55,664 bases of DNA from a virus (Duplodnaviria > Caudoviricetes): IMG/VR virus record IMGVR_UViG_3300019999_000002, positions 1-55,664 of that record. The stretch is one strand, 5' to 3'. Shown here one piece after another: positions 9,110-18,669 of the stretch. A program made the position numbers and the translations under genes. The notes beneath the pieces were generated by a model. The model was not told the DNA's origin, made no database searches, and saw only the letters and a list, made by a program, of their open reading frames with translations. Numbering within the stretch: position 1 is the first letter of the stretch; the number at the start of each line of letters is the position of its first letter.

Positions 9110-9463
9110 ATGACCACACAAACCAAAGAGCGGGCGAGGCACACTCCGACGCCGTGGGAAGTGGACAACAACAACGGGGCGCACGGCACTTGCACGATTA
9201 GACATTTCAGGACATCAGCTGACGGTAGCTTTAAGGCTCCGTTTGGCGAGGCTATTGCCGATTTGATGGGCAGTTCTCCAGAGCGGGAAGCGAACGCCGA
9301 CTTCATCGTCCGCGCGGTCAACTCTCACGAGGCGATGGTCGAGGCGCTTAAAACGCTGGTGGACATCGTTGCCGAAATCCATCCCGAAGCTGATAGCTTG
9401 GGCGGATTGGACCAAGCCCGCGCAGCCCTCGCCGCAACCGCAGAAGAACCTTGCAATCTCTGA
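9110..9463 (+). CDS. Phage hypothetical protein (HTPxPW...ANAxxI family)
   Basis: HTPTPWEV...EANADFIVRAVNSHEAMVEALK; GAGGA upstream of ATG 9110. Confidence 0.7.
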   Translation: MTTQTKERARHTPTPWEVDNNNGAHGTCTIRHFRTSADGSFKAPFGEAIADLMGSSPEREANADFIVRAVNSHEAMVEALKTLVDIVAEIHPEADSLGGLDQARAALAATAEEPCNL

Positions 9464-9468
9464 AGTAA

Positions 9469-9669
9469 ATGAAAACCAAAACACGAGACTTCGAGGGAGA
9501 GATTCTGGCCTTGGGTTGGGATTGCGAGAGCAAAAGCGGGGCAAGTGGGGCGTTTGGCCGCAGCCCATACCTTTGCCAGGCATCACAAGGCAGCTTCAAG
9601 ACTCCTTGGCTGGACTCGTGGGAAGCGGTTCTCGCGTGGATCCTCAAAGGCCGGAAGGAGGCTGCATGA
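9469..9669 (+). CDS. Hypothetical protein
   Basis: Operon-like spacing; ATGA overlap with the next gene. Confidence 0.55.
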   Translation: MKTKTRDFEGEILALGWDCESKSGASGAFGRSPYLCQASQGSFKTPWLDSWEAVLAWILKGRKEAA

Positions 9670-9902
9670 ATCTGCAATGCGCTTGCTGCGGAGGCTTGGC
9701 GCCGTCCCGCGCCCAATGGTGGAACCGGGACACCGGCTACGGAGTTTGCGAACGGTGCTTCAAGGCTGCGGTCGAACGGGACGGCGAGGCAGAGGCTATC
9801 AGGACGTACGGCCACCCTGGCAGGCATCATTCGATCACCAAACCAGGGCCAGAGGCCGAGGAACTGCTGGCCGCGATTAAGAGGGAGGAGTCGGGGGTAT
9901 GA
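9666..9902 (+). CDS. Small zinc-finger protein
   Basis: MNLQCACCGG...QWWNRDTGYGVCERC; GGAGG upstream; coupled at both ends. Confidence 0.65.
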   Translation: MNLQCACCGGLAPSRAQWWNRDTGYGVCERCFKAAVERDGEAEAIRTYGHPGRHHSITKPGPEAEELLAAIKREESGV

Positions 9903-10222
9903 CGACCAGCAAAGTAAAACGGCTGACCTTAGGAACCCTTGACGGGTCCTTCGGTCCGGATCGAGGAAAGCGGATCGTGGTGTCATTCGTGCCCGGTGAT
10001 GGCCGGGGCATTCCCGACACCCTAAGCTTGCGTCCATTGAGAACACGACGCGCTGAGGTCGTGGCGGTAGTGGACGTTTACCGTTTCGCTATGCGCTGCC
10101 GGGTGAATAAAACCGTGCTGGAAAAAGCGAGAGAGAAAAAGGCGAGAAAGTCTATCAGGCTGGCACAGCAACGGCAGGACCGCGCAGAGAAACGGCTGTT
10201 GAGACCGATTGAGGAAACATGA
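9899..10222 (+). CDS. Basic hypothetical protein
   Basis: ATGA-coupled ORF in the plus-strand early operon. Confidence 0.6.
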   Translation: MTTSKVKRLTLGTLDGSFGPDRGKRIVVSFVPGDGRGIPDTLSLRPLRTRRAEVVAVVDVYRFAMRCRVNKTVLEKAREKKARKSIRLAQQRQDRAEKRLLRPIEET

Positions 10223-10512
10223 ACACCCAAACACCCCCAAAACCTCAAAATGACGGCCAAGAGGCTCAATTTGCCACAAACTACCCCTCTGGCTTGCCCC
10301 GCAGCGAGCCGGAACGAGTCGAGGACGGTGATATAGTGGCCTTCTATCTTTGCGCATGGTGCAGCCGGTTCTTCAGCCGGGATGCCGCTGGCCAGTCATT
10401 CTATGTCCCAGCCCGGGACGGCATTGTCAGCCACGGGATTTGCCGGCCTTGCCTCGCCGTCGAGCGCGCTAAATTTCAGGCAAACCAACCCTTAACGATA
10501 AAAAAACTATGA
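10219..10512 (+). CDS. Small zinc-binding protein
   Basis: CAWC...VSHGICRPC motif. Confidence 0.65.
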   Translation: MNTQTPPKPQNDGQEAQFATNYPSGLPRSEPERVEDGDIVAFYLCAWCSRFFSRDAAGQSFYVPARDGIVSHGICRPCLAVERAKFQANQPLTIKKL

Positions 10513-10850
10513 AACTAACCAATGAGCAGTTGCAGGACATCGGCGCAGCGTTTGAGAAGCTGACAGAAGCGTTTCCAGGCTATCGCGCCGACTTCTGGAT
10601 AAAATTAAACGATATTGGCGCTCCCGGACTTTCGTTTACGGCCTACGTGCAGGAAGGGATGGGGTTACCAAGCTATAGTCGGAGCGCAACCATCCCAATG
10701 AAAGCGGTCGAAGGCGTCATTGCGTCCGCAGGGACATCAGAGGCCCGAAAGGCTCAGAGGATCGCTTCCCTATCCGAAACGATCAACAAATCGAACGCAG
10801 AACTGCGGGCGCTCTGTGTCGAAGCGACGACCGAACCAGATGAAACGTGA
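10509..10850 (+). CDS. Hypothetical protein
   Basis: ATGA-coupled ORF. Confidence 0.6.
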   Translation: MKLTNEQLQDIGAAFEKLTEAFPGYRADFWIKLNDIGAPGLSFTAYVQEGMGLPSYSRSATIPMKAVEGVIASAGTSEARKAQRIASLSETINKSNAELRALCVEATTEPDET

Positions 10851-11245
10851 ACCTCGAAAACTCCTGTGAAATTATACCCCTTTCGCCAGTCGAACACCTC
10901 GAAGGTCCTGTCTGCCATGGGTTTTTTATCTAATCTTCCCGTGGCTGGCTTCCGTTCCTTGGTCTTCGCGAGTCGGAGGCCGCTGGCGTTTCTCATTCTC
11001 GTCCTGTGCCTCTGCGGGTGCTCGAATGATCCACGGTGCCAACAGCCACTTGCCGCCGTGGTATCGAAGGATTGGGCGCTCAACAGTCATTTCAAATCAT
11101 CGCGCCGGAAAGCGCCGGCGCTCGCTGGGGCGGTTGGGATCTGTCGAACCAGTTGCCCCGAATTGGTTAATCTTTTCAGCCGTTTTCACGATGGTTAAGT
11201 CACTCTAGTTTAACCTGCGGGTGGATTGTTGTTCAGGCCCATTGG

Positions 11246-11452
11246 TCAATTCCCTTTCGAAATTATCGCGGCAATCTCGCTAAAGAATTCTGCCTGTGCA
11301 GCAGGGCTAAGTTCCATCCCGGTGCATTTGTAGCGGAACGGCGGCGAGTCGTTGATCGCTGTTTTGAAATCCGGACAGGTCCACAGTCCCAGCCATTTTG
11401 ATTGCTCGGTCATCGGTTTGCCACACAGGGGACACGGTCGGTTTATTTTCAT
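11246..11452 (-). CDS. Zinc-ribbon protein
   Basis: CPLCGKPM...WTCPDF...KC resembles the topoisomerase C4-type ribbon. Confidence 0.55.
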   Translation of the reverse strand: MKINRPCPLCGKPMTEQSKWLGLWTCPDFKTAINDSPPFRYKCTGMELSPAAQAEFFSEIAAIISKGN

Positions 11453-11455
11453 CGT

Positions 11456-11755
11456 TCAAGCCTTGGCCCTTTCCTTTTCGATAATCGCGTCAGCTTCCGG
11501 ACCGACGATTTCCGTTATGGGGATTCCCATGACGAGCACGATATTGCCTTTAATCGGATGATGGGTAAACGGAACCTGCTCGCCTTCGGTGTGCCAGGAT
11601 TCAATCCTGTCCAGGTGACCCCCGCGTGCTTCACGGCCTTTGAACATTCCATAGACGTAATCCACATAGCCGCGAGTTCGGATTACGACAAAGGTGTTGC
11701 CGAAAAGGTCGTGGCCGATTCCGAAGATATGATTGGGGGTTGGTGGTTTTTTCAT
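11456..11755 (-). CDS. Hypothetical protein
   Basis: Tightly packed minus-strand ORF. Confidence 0.55.
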   Translation of the reverse strand: MKKPPTPNHIFGIGHDLFGNTFVVIRTRGYVDYVYGMFKGREARGGHLDRIESWHTEGEQVPFTHHPIKGNIVLVMGIPITEIVGPEADAIIEKERAKA

Positions 11756-11758
11756 AGT

Positions 11759-11962
11759 TCAGCAGGGGTGGAATTCTACTTTGGGTGGGAACATGCTCGC
11801 GTCGAATGTGTCTTTGTGCGTGCCACAGAGCGGATCAGATACTTGCCATTGCAGGCTAGGAGGGAATACCCATGAGACGAATGCCACCCATCGCCCCCTC
11901 GCGTTGCAGCCCTCGACCGAGCAGATGCGGCGGGGTGGGTCTTGAGTTTCTTCGGCGATCAT
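11759..11962 (-). CDS. Small Cys/His protein
   Basis: Start MIAEETQDPPRR by ATGA overlap; CSVEGC...LCGTH motif. Confidence 0.55.
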   Translation of the reverse strand: MIAEETQDPPRRICSVEGCNARGRWVAFVSWVFPPSLQWQVSDPLCGTHKDTFDASMFPPKVEFHPC

Positions 11963-12174
11963 AATAACCTGCACACTTCCGGGCGAGACAATACAGTTTT
12001 CAAAACAACCGGCTCAGTGGTAGATGGGATTCTGCTGACGACATCTATTTTCGATGATTCGCGCATCACTACGCAGTTTCTACGCACGTCTCTTTCCCCG
12101 CAGTCAGCGTGAATCTCCACGACCCGGCATGGATCAAACCGCTGAAGTTCGGCGATTAAGTCCCTGACTTGCAT
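11959..12174 (-). CDS. Hypothetical protein
   Basis: MQVRDLIAELQRFDP is a common phage N-terminus. Confidence 0.6.
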   Translation of the reverse strand: MQVRDLIAELQRFDPCRVVEIHADCGERDVRRNCVVMRESSKIDVVSRIPSTTEPVVLKTVLSRPEVCRLL

Positions 12175-12214
12175 AGTGTGAATTTATCGAGGTCGAAGTC
12201 GAGAGTTACGGTTT

Positions 12215-12598
12215 TCATTTCTCTCCTTTTAGTGCGGTGAGCAGGGCGAGGGCTTCTGTAGCTGTGCTTTCTCTCGCTGTGTGCTTGAAGTATTCTGCAA
12301 ACTCTTTAAGTGCACGTTCAATCGGCTCTAGCTTCGCTTTCTCCACGTAAGCGGAGAGAGTGGTGGATGGGGGTTCAGAGATAACGTGATTAACCCTAAC
12401 GCCAAGCGGGTCATAACGCATGTGGTTCATTGATGGTTCAAGTTTGCACGCATCTCTTAACTCAGTTAAAATGGATTTCAACCTTTCCACCTGCGCCGCC
12501 AGAGCCGCGTTTTCCTTCTGTGCGGCGGCAAGTTGCTGACGAAGCTGCACGCTCTCGTTCTCAATTCCAATTATTCGTTTGTGGACCGGATGTATCAT
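12215..12598 (-). CDS. Coiled-coil hypothetical protein
   Basis: Start MIHPVHK overlaps the XRE stop; heptad-like QLAAAQKENAALAAQVERLK. Confidence 0.55.
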   Translation of the reverse strand: MIHPVHKRIIGIENESVQLRQQLAAAQKENAALAAQVERLKSILTELRDACKLEPSMNHMRYDPLGVRVNHVISEPPSTTLSAYVEKAKLEPIERALKEFAEYFKHTARESTATEALALLTALKGEK

Positions 12599-12807
12599 CG
12601 TGTGAGTCCTGATGGTTCGACTTCCAAAGCTGTAGCAAGCCGGTAAAGAGTTATGACGGTGAAGTTTCCTCCGTTTTCGATCTTGCTCAAAGCGCCTTTC
12701 GAGACTTTGGCTTTGGTGGCCAGTTGAGGGAGTGTAAGGCAACGGCACTTACGAACACGGCGAATGGTGGCTCCAACTTCGGAGACTCGTTCAAGCAGTT
12801 TACTCAT
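12595..12807 (-). CDS. XRE-family helix-turn-helix regulator
   Basis: IRRVRK...LTLPQLATKAKVSKGALSKIENGGNFTVITLYRLATALEV. Confidence 0.9.
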   Translation of the reverse strand: MSKLLERVSEVGATIRRVRKCRCLTLPQLATKAKVSKGALSKIENGGNFTVITLYRLATALEVEPSGLTR

Positions 12808-12949
12808 AATCGTTTTCGCTTTGGTTTTGGATGACAAGAGCAATTTGGTCCGCCTGCAACTGCACCCTTGATGGATTTTCGACTGGCCTTTTCAAACTTG
12901 TAAAGTGCTTCTAGTTGGTCGAGCAACAAAGGTTTTCGCTTTGGGGGTT

Positions 12950-13318
12950 TCATTTTTCCACCTTTTCGTAAGTGGCCTCAAAGATGTCAGGCTTGCAAGG
13001 ATAGTGTTCGCCTTTTATGCCAGTGATTATGAAGTCTCCGGGACAAACGGTGTGGCCACCTTCAAGCGTGTCAATCCAACCGTGAAGGTGCATTATCATT
13101 CCGCAGTTTTGGCACGGTCGCTGCCCGTCGCATTCCGGCTTTCGGTAGTAGCGCACGATTTGACCTTCCCAGCCGTTGGCTTTTACCTCCTCTCCGGTCC
13201 ACGTCTTAAGTTCGCCTTTCTCGTATCCTACTTCCTCTTTAGAAAAGTCTTGGGAATGATCTCCATTCTTGAACCACTGAGTTGCTTCTACAATTACTGG
13301 TTTTTTACGATATTTCAT
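12950..13318 (-). CDS. Conserved phage protein (KYRKKPV...TLEG...PGD...YPCKPDIF; PGDYG-like)
   Basis: Motifs as listed, with a CxxxCxxC insertion. Confidence 0.75.
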   Translation of the reverse strand: MKYRKKPVIVEATQWFKNGDHSQDFSKEEVGYEKGELKTWTGEEVKANGWEGQIVRYYRKPECDGQRPCQNCGMIMHLHGWIDTLEGGHTVCPGDFIITGIKGEHYPCKPDIFEATYEKVEK

Positions 13319-13662
13319 TCTTTCCATAGTCCTTTTATTCGAAGGTAAGCTTCGGCACGTTGCAAGGCAGTGGCATGAGCAAAGTCTTTCCACGCACTAG
13401 CAGGGACAGACTCACCATAAAGGTTAAAATCATAATGTGTAAGTGTAAGTATAGCTAGTTGCTCCCAATATTCATTGGTAGTGTTTTTCTCAATCTCGTG
13501 CATTGCATTAAGGTTATTAAGGTAGTCGGGAACATTATCATAATAAAAGTCGTCTTTTCTAATTGGGTTTTCCCCAAGAACTATCCTAGTTTGTTTATGG
13601 GTGTGAACACTTCTCCACCCCACACTCTCCGCAATCGCCACGCGCATTTGTTCAGGAGTCAC
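13315..13662 (-). CDS. Phage ABA-sandwich-like protein
   Basis: AIAESVGW...[14 protein letters not shown]...[11 protein letters not shown]. Confidence 0.55.
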   Translation of the reverse strand: MTPEQMRVAIAESVGWRSVHTHKQTRIVLGENPIRKDDFYYDNVPDYLNNLNAMHEIEKNTTNEYWEQLAILTLTHYDFNLYGESVPASAWKDFAHATALQRAEAYLRIKGLWKE

Positions 13663-14090
13663 GAGGCACCGGCCTTTCTGGCGGCTAGAAACTCACTGGC
13701 AAACTCTTGCATGGCGGCTGACTCAGTTAAGTGCAATCCGCGTGGCACTCCTTCACTTAATGTCTGCAACGCATTCCTCGCCTCGTCTAACTGCGCTTGC
13801 AGGGTGGAGAGTTGGTTTCGCAATTGGTTCTCGACCCCTCTTTGCTGGATAACAGCCTCTAGCACAGAAAGATGTTGGTTGTCTGGATTTGTGCTCACCA
13901 AGTAGTCGTGAACCTCTTGTCCTTTATTTTGCTCTGCTTCCAACTCGCGCTGCAAGGCGGAGAGTTTGGCCTGCGCCTCAAGTCCAGCGCGGGCGCCGGC
14001 GATCAACTCTGCCGCTAGGTCCCGCACTTCGCTACCTTGTAGTAAGGTGCAGAGAACGGATTGGATTTTGTCTATTTCTTCTTTAGTCAT
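13659..14090 (-). CDS. Coiled-coil hypothetical protein
   Basis: Coupled ORF with helical heptads. Confidence 0.55.
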   Translation of the reverse strand: MTKEEIDKIQSVLCTLLQGSEVRDLAAELIAGARAGLEAQAKLSALQRELEAEQNKGQEVHDYLVSTNPDNQHLSVLEAVIQQRGVENQLRNQLSTLQAQLDEARNALQTLSEGVPRGLHLTESAAMQEFASEFLAARKAGAS

Positions 14091-14407
14091 TTTTTTCCTT
14101 TCTCGTTTTCAAACAGGACTTTGGCGAACAGGCAAATGGCCAGTTCTAGGGTTTTAGCTTCGGCCTCGATGGCATCTTTGTTATTCCCATCACCCTCACA
14201 GACAGCCCAAGTGCCGCAAACAGTTATTGAGATTTGGTCAACCTTCTCCGCGCATTTCTTGAGCACTTCCATCGCAGCGGCGGGGCTGGTCGTGTAGTGG
14301 CTTAAAAATGAAATGTCGGGATCTCGAATTTGCACTAATCCCACCGTCTCTTTCGTGACGCGAAACGCAATCCACGCATCCAACTCTCTCAGTTCTGAAT
14401 CAGTCAT
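14087..14407 (-). CDS. Phage ABA-sandwich domain protein
   Basis: RELDAWIA...YTTSPAAAMEVLKK...TLELAICLFA. Confidence 0.7.
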   Translation of the reverse strand: MTDSELRELDAWIAFRVTKETVGLVQIRDPDISFLSHYTTSPAAAMEVLKKCAEKVDQISITVCGTWAVCEGDGNNKDAIEAEAKTLELAICLFAKVLFENEKGKK

Positions 14408-14586
14408 TTTCTCACTCGCTTTCGTTTTTCGATTCGCGACTGCGTGGCGGCTATCTTTACAAGCCTGGCTTTGATGGCATTCAAAAGCCTTTCGACTTGT
14501 GGGCAGCCCCACGGATGCGGACCCATCACTTCATCTTTTCCAGAAAGCAGCGGGTCGAGCCAGCTTGTTGGAATGGCCGCAATCAT
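14404..14586 (-). CDS. Hypothetical protein
   Basis: IPTSWLDPLLSG; coupled to neighbouring ORFs. Confidence 0.5.
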   Translation of the reverse strand: MIAAIPTSWLDPLLSGKDEVMGPHPWGCPQVERLLNAIKARLVKIAATQSRIEKRKRVRK

Positions 14587-14632
14587 CGCTTCAGCCAGCG
14601 GCGGGGTGGGTCTTTGATTTCTTCGGCGCTCA

Positions 14633-14998
14633 TTAAATTATAAACCTCCAAACTGCCCAAATGGTTACGATATGCCAAACGTTATCCACGACGATTGTTG
14701 ACCAAGGAGAGCACGATCCGGTGCGGAATTGTCTCTGCCCTATCAAGTCCATCCACTGAGCAACGATGTCTGTGTGATCTTGTGCCATGTGCAAGAGGAA
14801 AAGGATCGCCCAAACAACTCCGTATTTTGCTGATCCAATCCATCCAGCAAACAAACAGACGCTCCAAGCCCAAATAATGCAATGTGCCGAACAGCGCATC
14901 AGGCTTTTCTTTTTATGCAGAGCCATCCAGTCGTTTTGAAGAAGGTAGTCACCGACCAAGTGCCCGATGATGGCTAGGAGTAGTGGTGTTCCATTCAT
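14633..14998 (-). CDS. DUF3307-like membrane protein
   Basis: GHLVGDYLLQNDWMA...H...HMAQD...DNVWH His/Asp pattern in hydrophobic helices. Confidence 0.8.
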   Translation of the reverse strand: MNGTPLLLAIIGHLVGDYLLQNDWMALHKKKSLMRCSAHCIIWAWSVCLFAGWIGSAKYGVVWAILFLLHMAQDHTDIVAQWMDLIGQRQFRTGSCSPWSTIVVDNVWHIVTIWAVWRFII

Positions 14999-15056
14999 AG
15001 TATCACGCGCTGGCCGAGGTCGAAGTCGAGAGTTACAGTTTTCATTGGTTGGTTCA

Positions 15057-15248
15057 TTAAGGTTCGTTGGTTTTCAGCAGCGCAACCATTTGCTCTCTGG
15101 TTATCTCGGGCGCTCGTTGGTGAAAGTGCTGCCAGAATCTATCCGGGTCCGTTTCGTGGGCCTCGTGCGGATGCGCGTGCGCGAAAGATTCCCAAACGAA
15201 TTGCTCGATCCGGGCATCCTCGGTCGAGGTTGTATCGAGCGTTTTCAT
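15057..15248 (-). CDS. Hypothetical protein
   Basis: MKTLDTT start overlaps the VRR-NUC stop (ATGA). Confidence 0.5.
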   Translation of the reverse strand: MKTLDTTSTEDARIEQFVWESFAHAHPHEAHETDPDRFWQHFHQRAPEITREQMVALLKTNEP

Positions 15249-15625
15249 TTCACTATTTCCAAAAATTGTTGGAACGAGTAAACGAGGCCGTAGTTCGCCT
15301 TGAGCTTTTCCAGCATCATAGCCACGCCGATTTGAGCGGGCTTGCGCTTCTCGCCGGGACGCTTGCACTCAATCCAGAAAGTCTTTCCATCATTGGCAGC
15401 TATGACGAAATCGGGAGAGCCGAGCGGCAGCGTTGTCGGCAGGTCCATCCTCGAGTACAGCACGAACCAGCCCTTTGACCGGCAATACGTGATGATGGCT
15501 TCTTGCAGGTCGGCTTCGACTTCCAACGCATTCACTCCCTCCACAGTCTTGCGGACCTCCCTCAAGTCGCCCCTGGCCCTGGCCAGCCTTGCCTGCATCT
15601 CGATTTCCTGCGCGGGGGTTATCAT
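15245..15625 (-). CDS. VRR-NUC (PD-(D/E)xK) nuclease, Holliday junction resolvase-like
   Basis: EADLQ...GSPDFV...FWIECKRPG...Q. Confidence 0.85.
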   Translation of the reverse strand: MITPAQEIEMQARLARARGDLREVRKTVEGVNALEVEADLQEAIITYCRSKGWFVLYSRMDLPTTLPLGSPDFVIAANDGKTFWIECKRPGEKRKPAQIGVAMMLEKLKANYGLVYSFQQFLEIVK

Positions 15626-15662
15626 TTGAAAGCCGCCTCGGTCAGTTTGATTTCGTTCTGGA

Positions 15663-15866
15663 TCACAGGTAGGCGCTCGACTCCTTCCTTTTCCCGATGA
15701 GCACGGATCCCATCGCTGAGCCGTTTTGGTTGAACATTGCAGCAGCCGAACGAAGTTCTTTGGTTTTGTTTATCCCAAATCTTGCCAGAGCTACAGCTTC
15801 CTCTTTGGTCTCTGCTTCAAAAGAGATTTCAAAGCAGCTTTCATGCTCGATGAATTCACATTTCAT
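15663..15866 (-). CDS. Hypothetical protein
   Basis: Packed minus-strand ORF. Confidence 0.5.
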   Translation of the reverse strand: MKCEFIEHESCFEISFEAETKEEAVALARFGINKTKELRSAAAMFNQNGSAMGSVLIGKRKESSAYL

Positions 15867-16167
15867 ATTTCAATTTCCCGGTTTGGCCGGCGCTGGCTGT
15901 TCGGCCTCAATGTCTATCTTGCCCGCCTCTCTAAAAACATTCCACGCGGCCTGTTGCGCGGCGTAAAGCTGGTTCATTGGTCCTTTGATTGTATGGTTTG
16001 GATTGGCACGATGTTCTCGATGACTTCCTGTGCTTTGTGATCCACGCACCGTATCAGAGCCTTCTGAACATGCTCGACAGGGCACTCGAAAACATGGTCC
16101 ACGCGCCATTTCTCGACGCGCTTGGTGCGCGGGCAGTAAAGCGACACGAATGATCTGGTTATCACAT

Positions 16168-16608
16168 TCATAGTCCTGCCTCGGCCCGACACTTTGCAAA
16201 GAATGCCTTCATTTCCTCAGGGGTCTTTGTTGGCGCAATTATTTCAGATACATGCCGCGCTTTCGAGGTATGCTCCTCATTCCTTCCTGTCGCTCTCAAC
16301 ACCGAGGCTCTTGCATGGTTTACGAGCGGCTTGCGCGACTCAGCTCGGGCCTCCTGCAAATCCTCAATGGCAAAATCTATCGAAGCCGGACCCGCTATCA
16401 GGCTGCGGAAGATCAAAGACCGGCCTCGCTTGCCTTTGGACCTGACGTGGTGAATGAGCGCGATCAAATCAGCCTCGGTGAAGTTAAGGCAAAACAATTC
16501 CCAAGCGTAAAGCCTGCTGACAGACCACGGAATCTTGTAATTGCACAGCCGACAGTAAAGGGCGTGCATTGACTCAGGATCGGATTTTAAGCTGGTAGGT
16601 TCATTCAT
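16168..16608 (-). CDS. Hypothetical protein, possibly replication-associated
   Basis: Packed ORF in the DNA-metabolism block; no firm motif. Confidence 0.5.
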   Translation of the reverse strand: MNEPTSLKSDPESMHALYCRLCNYKIPWSVSRLYAWELFCLNFTEADLIALIHHVRSKGKRGRSLIFRSLIAGPASIDFAIEDLQEARAESRKPLVNHARASVLRATGRNEEHTSKARHVSEIIAPTKTPEEMKAFFAKCRAEAGL

Positions 16609-16611
16609 GCC

Positions 16612-17322
16612 TTACGCCCCCCCCCATTCGCATAATTCGATAACCGCCTGACCGGATTCGAGCATCACTCGTTGCGTGTTATAGGGAGTGGCCATCGTCT
16701 TTTCAAAAATGAATTGTCCGCCCGTGCCACGGCGCACGACAAATTTGCCTTTGGATACCGGCAATCGTTGCGCCTCTTTTTCGGTCAACTTCGGAGCGGC
16801 TCGAGTCAATGCTTTGGTGATCTTATCGTTCATCTTTCGTACCTGTGTTTCCACGCTCAGATTGCCTTTAGGCCAGAGACAGCGCCGTGCCTCATCTGCG
16901 CTCAACTTCGCCACGGGCTTTCGGACGATAACCGGCGCACCGCCAATCATGCGCGAAACGAGCTGCACGGGGTTCTCTGTGACTTGCTTCTGCGCATCGT
17001 AGCGCATCCTGCGGACCATCGGCAGGACTGTGCGCGGAAGGAACATGGTGAGCGGATACAGCGCCCGCAAGCCGATGCTGTGAAAGACTTCCAGAGTGTC
17101 AATCGTGATGAACGGGTAGAGCGTGACAATATCTGTGAACACGCGCTTGTTAGCTTCCAGCATCTTCACCAGCATCGCCCCGGCTGTTTCCCATGCGGCA
17201 ACGCCCGCGTGGACTGCCGCGATAAAGTCCTCGATCTTCGGCGCTATGTTGACTTCGATGACTGGCCGCGTAGTAATTGGCTCGCCGCCGCCATTGTTTT
17301 GAATAAAGGTTTGGTTCTCCAT
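16612..17322 (-). CDS. Hypothetical protein
   Basis: 236-aa ORF on the strand of the block. Confidence 0.6.
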   Translation of the reverse strand: MENQTFIQNNGGGEPITTRPVIEVNIAPKIEDFIAAVHAGVAAWETAGAMLVKMLEANKRVFTDIVTLYPFITIDTLEVFHSIGLRALYPLTMFLPRTVLPMVRRMRYDAQKQVTENPVQLVSRMIGGAPVIVRKPVAKLSADEARRCLWPKGNLSVETQVRKMNDKITKALTRAAPKLTEKEAQRLPVSKGKFVVRRGTGGQFIFEKTMATPYNTQRVMLESGQAVIELCEWGGA

Positions 17323-17672
17323 AATTGTATTGATTGTTTGAGTTGCTGCATGTTTTCGGTCGTCGGTAGGACAGATGCCTTACGACACTCTGCCCGTAAA
17401 TACCACTCGGTTAGTTGCGTGATGCCTTTCTGTAGTGCTCTTTTCCGTTGCTCTTTCACAAGCTCTGGATTCTTTCGCTGCCAGCGTTTTATCCAGCCCA
17501 CGACGCGCTCGGGTTGTTCCTGGTAAAATAACTTCCGGCGCTGGCGCACAAGTGGTTGGTGGCTGTGATAATACTTTCGGCTACTGCGCCGCTTCACCAA
17601 TCGCCTTTTGGCCTTCGCTTCCTCTGGCGTGAACATCTCCACGAAACGGCCTTGTCTATCCCGTTTTCTCAT
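17244..17672 (-). CDS. Very basic hypothetical protein
   Basis: Arg/Lys-rich helical protein; RDRQGRF N-terminus. Confidence 0.5.
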   Translation of the reverse strand: MRKRDRQGRFVEMFTPEEAKAKRRLVKRRSSRKYYHSHQPLVRQRRKLFYQEQPERVVGWIKRWQRKNPELVKEQRKRALQKGITQLTEWYLRAECRKASVLPTTENMQQLKQSIQLWRTKPLFKTMAAASQLLRGQSSKST

Positions 17673-18028
17673 CTTAGCACCGAAGCCCTTATCTCTCTGT
17701 TGGTGATACCGAATTCCTTCGCATAACGAGCGTTCATCCTCTTTCGAGTCTTGCGGCCTTCTTCATAAGCCTTGTTGTAAGCCCCGTATTCCAGTCTGTA
17801 GGCATCCATGCCGCGCCCACTCGCGCCGTCGCCATGGCCATAGCAGGACAGCATGAAATTATCCCACGGAGTAAGTTTTTGGGGTCTTTTCATCGTTTCG
17901 AAAGACTGCAATCGCATGGCGTTGAATACTGCCAGCAACCACAATTAGGGCTGTGTTCAGGCTTCCTCGTATCGCCCTTCCTTCCCTCTGCCAGGCGCAT
18001 TGCCGAAAGGACTTTCCCGCGATGGCGT

Positions 18029-18421
18029 TTAAGTTGCTTTGGTTTCATCAGGTTTCGGGCATGGTTTGCCGTATCGGTTGATTGTGATCGTGAGGCACCC
18101 GTCGTCATCAAGGCCGCGCAATCCCTGCATCATCTCATCGAAAGTCTGAAACGTCCTAAAGTGTGCCTGCGTCCAGTGATCCCGGTAGTAAGTCAATTCC
18201 CAACGTCCAGCGTGAGCATAGTCCTGAATACATGCGGCCTTGGCTTTGAACAGCAAATGATATGCGCTTTCACACGCCGCCTTTACCTCATCCACTTTCA
18301 TCAAACGCGGTCTAATCCAGGACGGATCATATTCCTTTCCTGATGCGCCTCGGTCCAGGCATTGAAGGGCCGCTTCGATGAATCCAAGGACTTCGGAAAG
18401 CTGTGTGAATTTTGCGATCAT
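18029..18421 (-). CDS. Hypothetical protein
   Basis: Coupled to the Lar-like gene. Confidence 0.5.
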   Translation of the reverse strand: MIAKFTQLSEVLGFIEAALQCLDRGASGKEYDPSWIRPRLMKVDEVKAACESAYHLLFKAKAACIQDYAHAGRWELTYYRDHWTQAHFRTFQTFDEMMQGLRGLDDDGCLTITINRYGKPCPKPDETKAT

Positions 18422-18669
18422 AATCCAGTCCCCGTTCGAACCGAGTCGAACCTGACGCCAGTGGGCTTAGTCGCCACACGCTTTCCAGCCCGCTCATTCC
18501 AATAAACCCGCGCATCGAAAGTGTTTCCCGCCGTTGGTCCTCTGGCTCCGCAGTAGTCGCAGCGAACCTGAACCCCATAAACCCTACCGCCTTTTCGCTT
18601 TTGCTCTGACGCTCCGCAGAACGGGCAGGGGAGTAATGAGGGTGAGACGTGCCAGCTTTTCTTTTTCAT
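18418..18669 (-). CDS. Lar-family (restriction alleviation) zinc-finger protein
   Basis: LLPCPFCG...VRCDYCGARGP...WNER. Confidence 0.8.
   Translation of the reverse strand: MKKKSWHVSPSLLPCPFCGASEQKRKGGRVYGVQVRCDYCGARGPTAGNTFDARVYWNERAGKRVATKPTGVRFDSVRTGTGL

Noticed and set aside
10866-11198. Lipoprotein-like ORF with LCGC at the convergence of two operons
   Set aside because: Uncertain start and a competing opposite-strand ORF; insufficient support.
12950-13318. Named anti-defence sponge (Tad/Acb type)
   Set aside because: I recognise the family motif but cannot tie it to a characterised anti-defence protein without a search.
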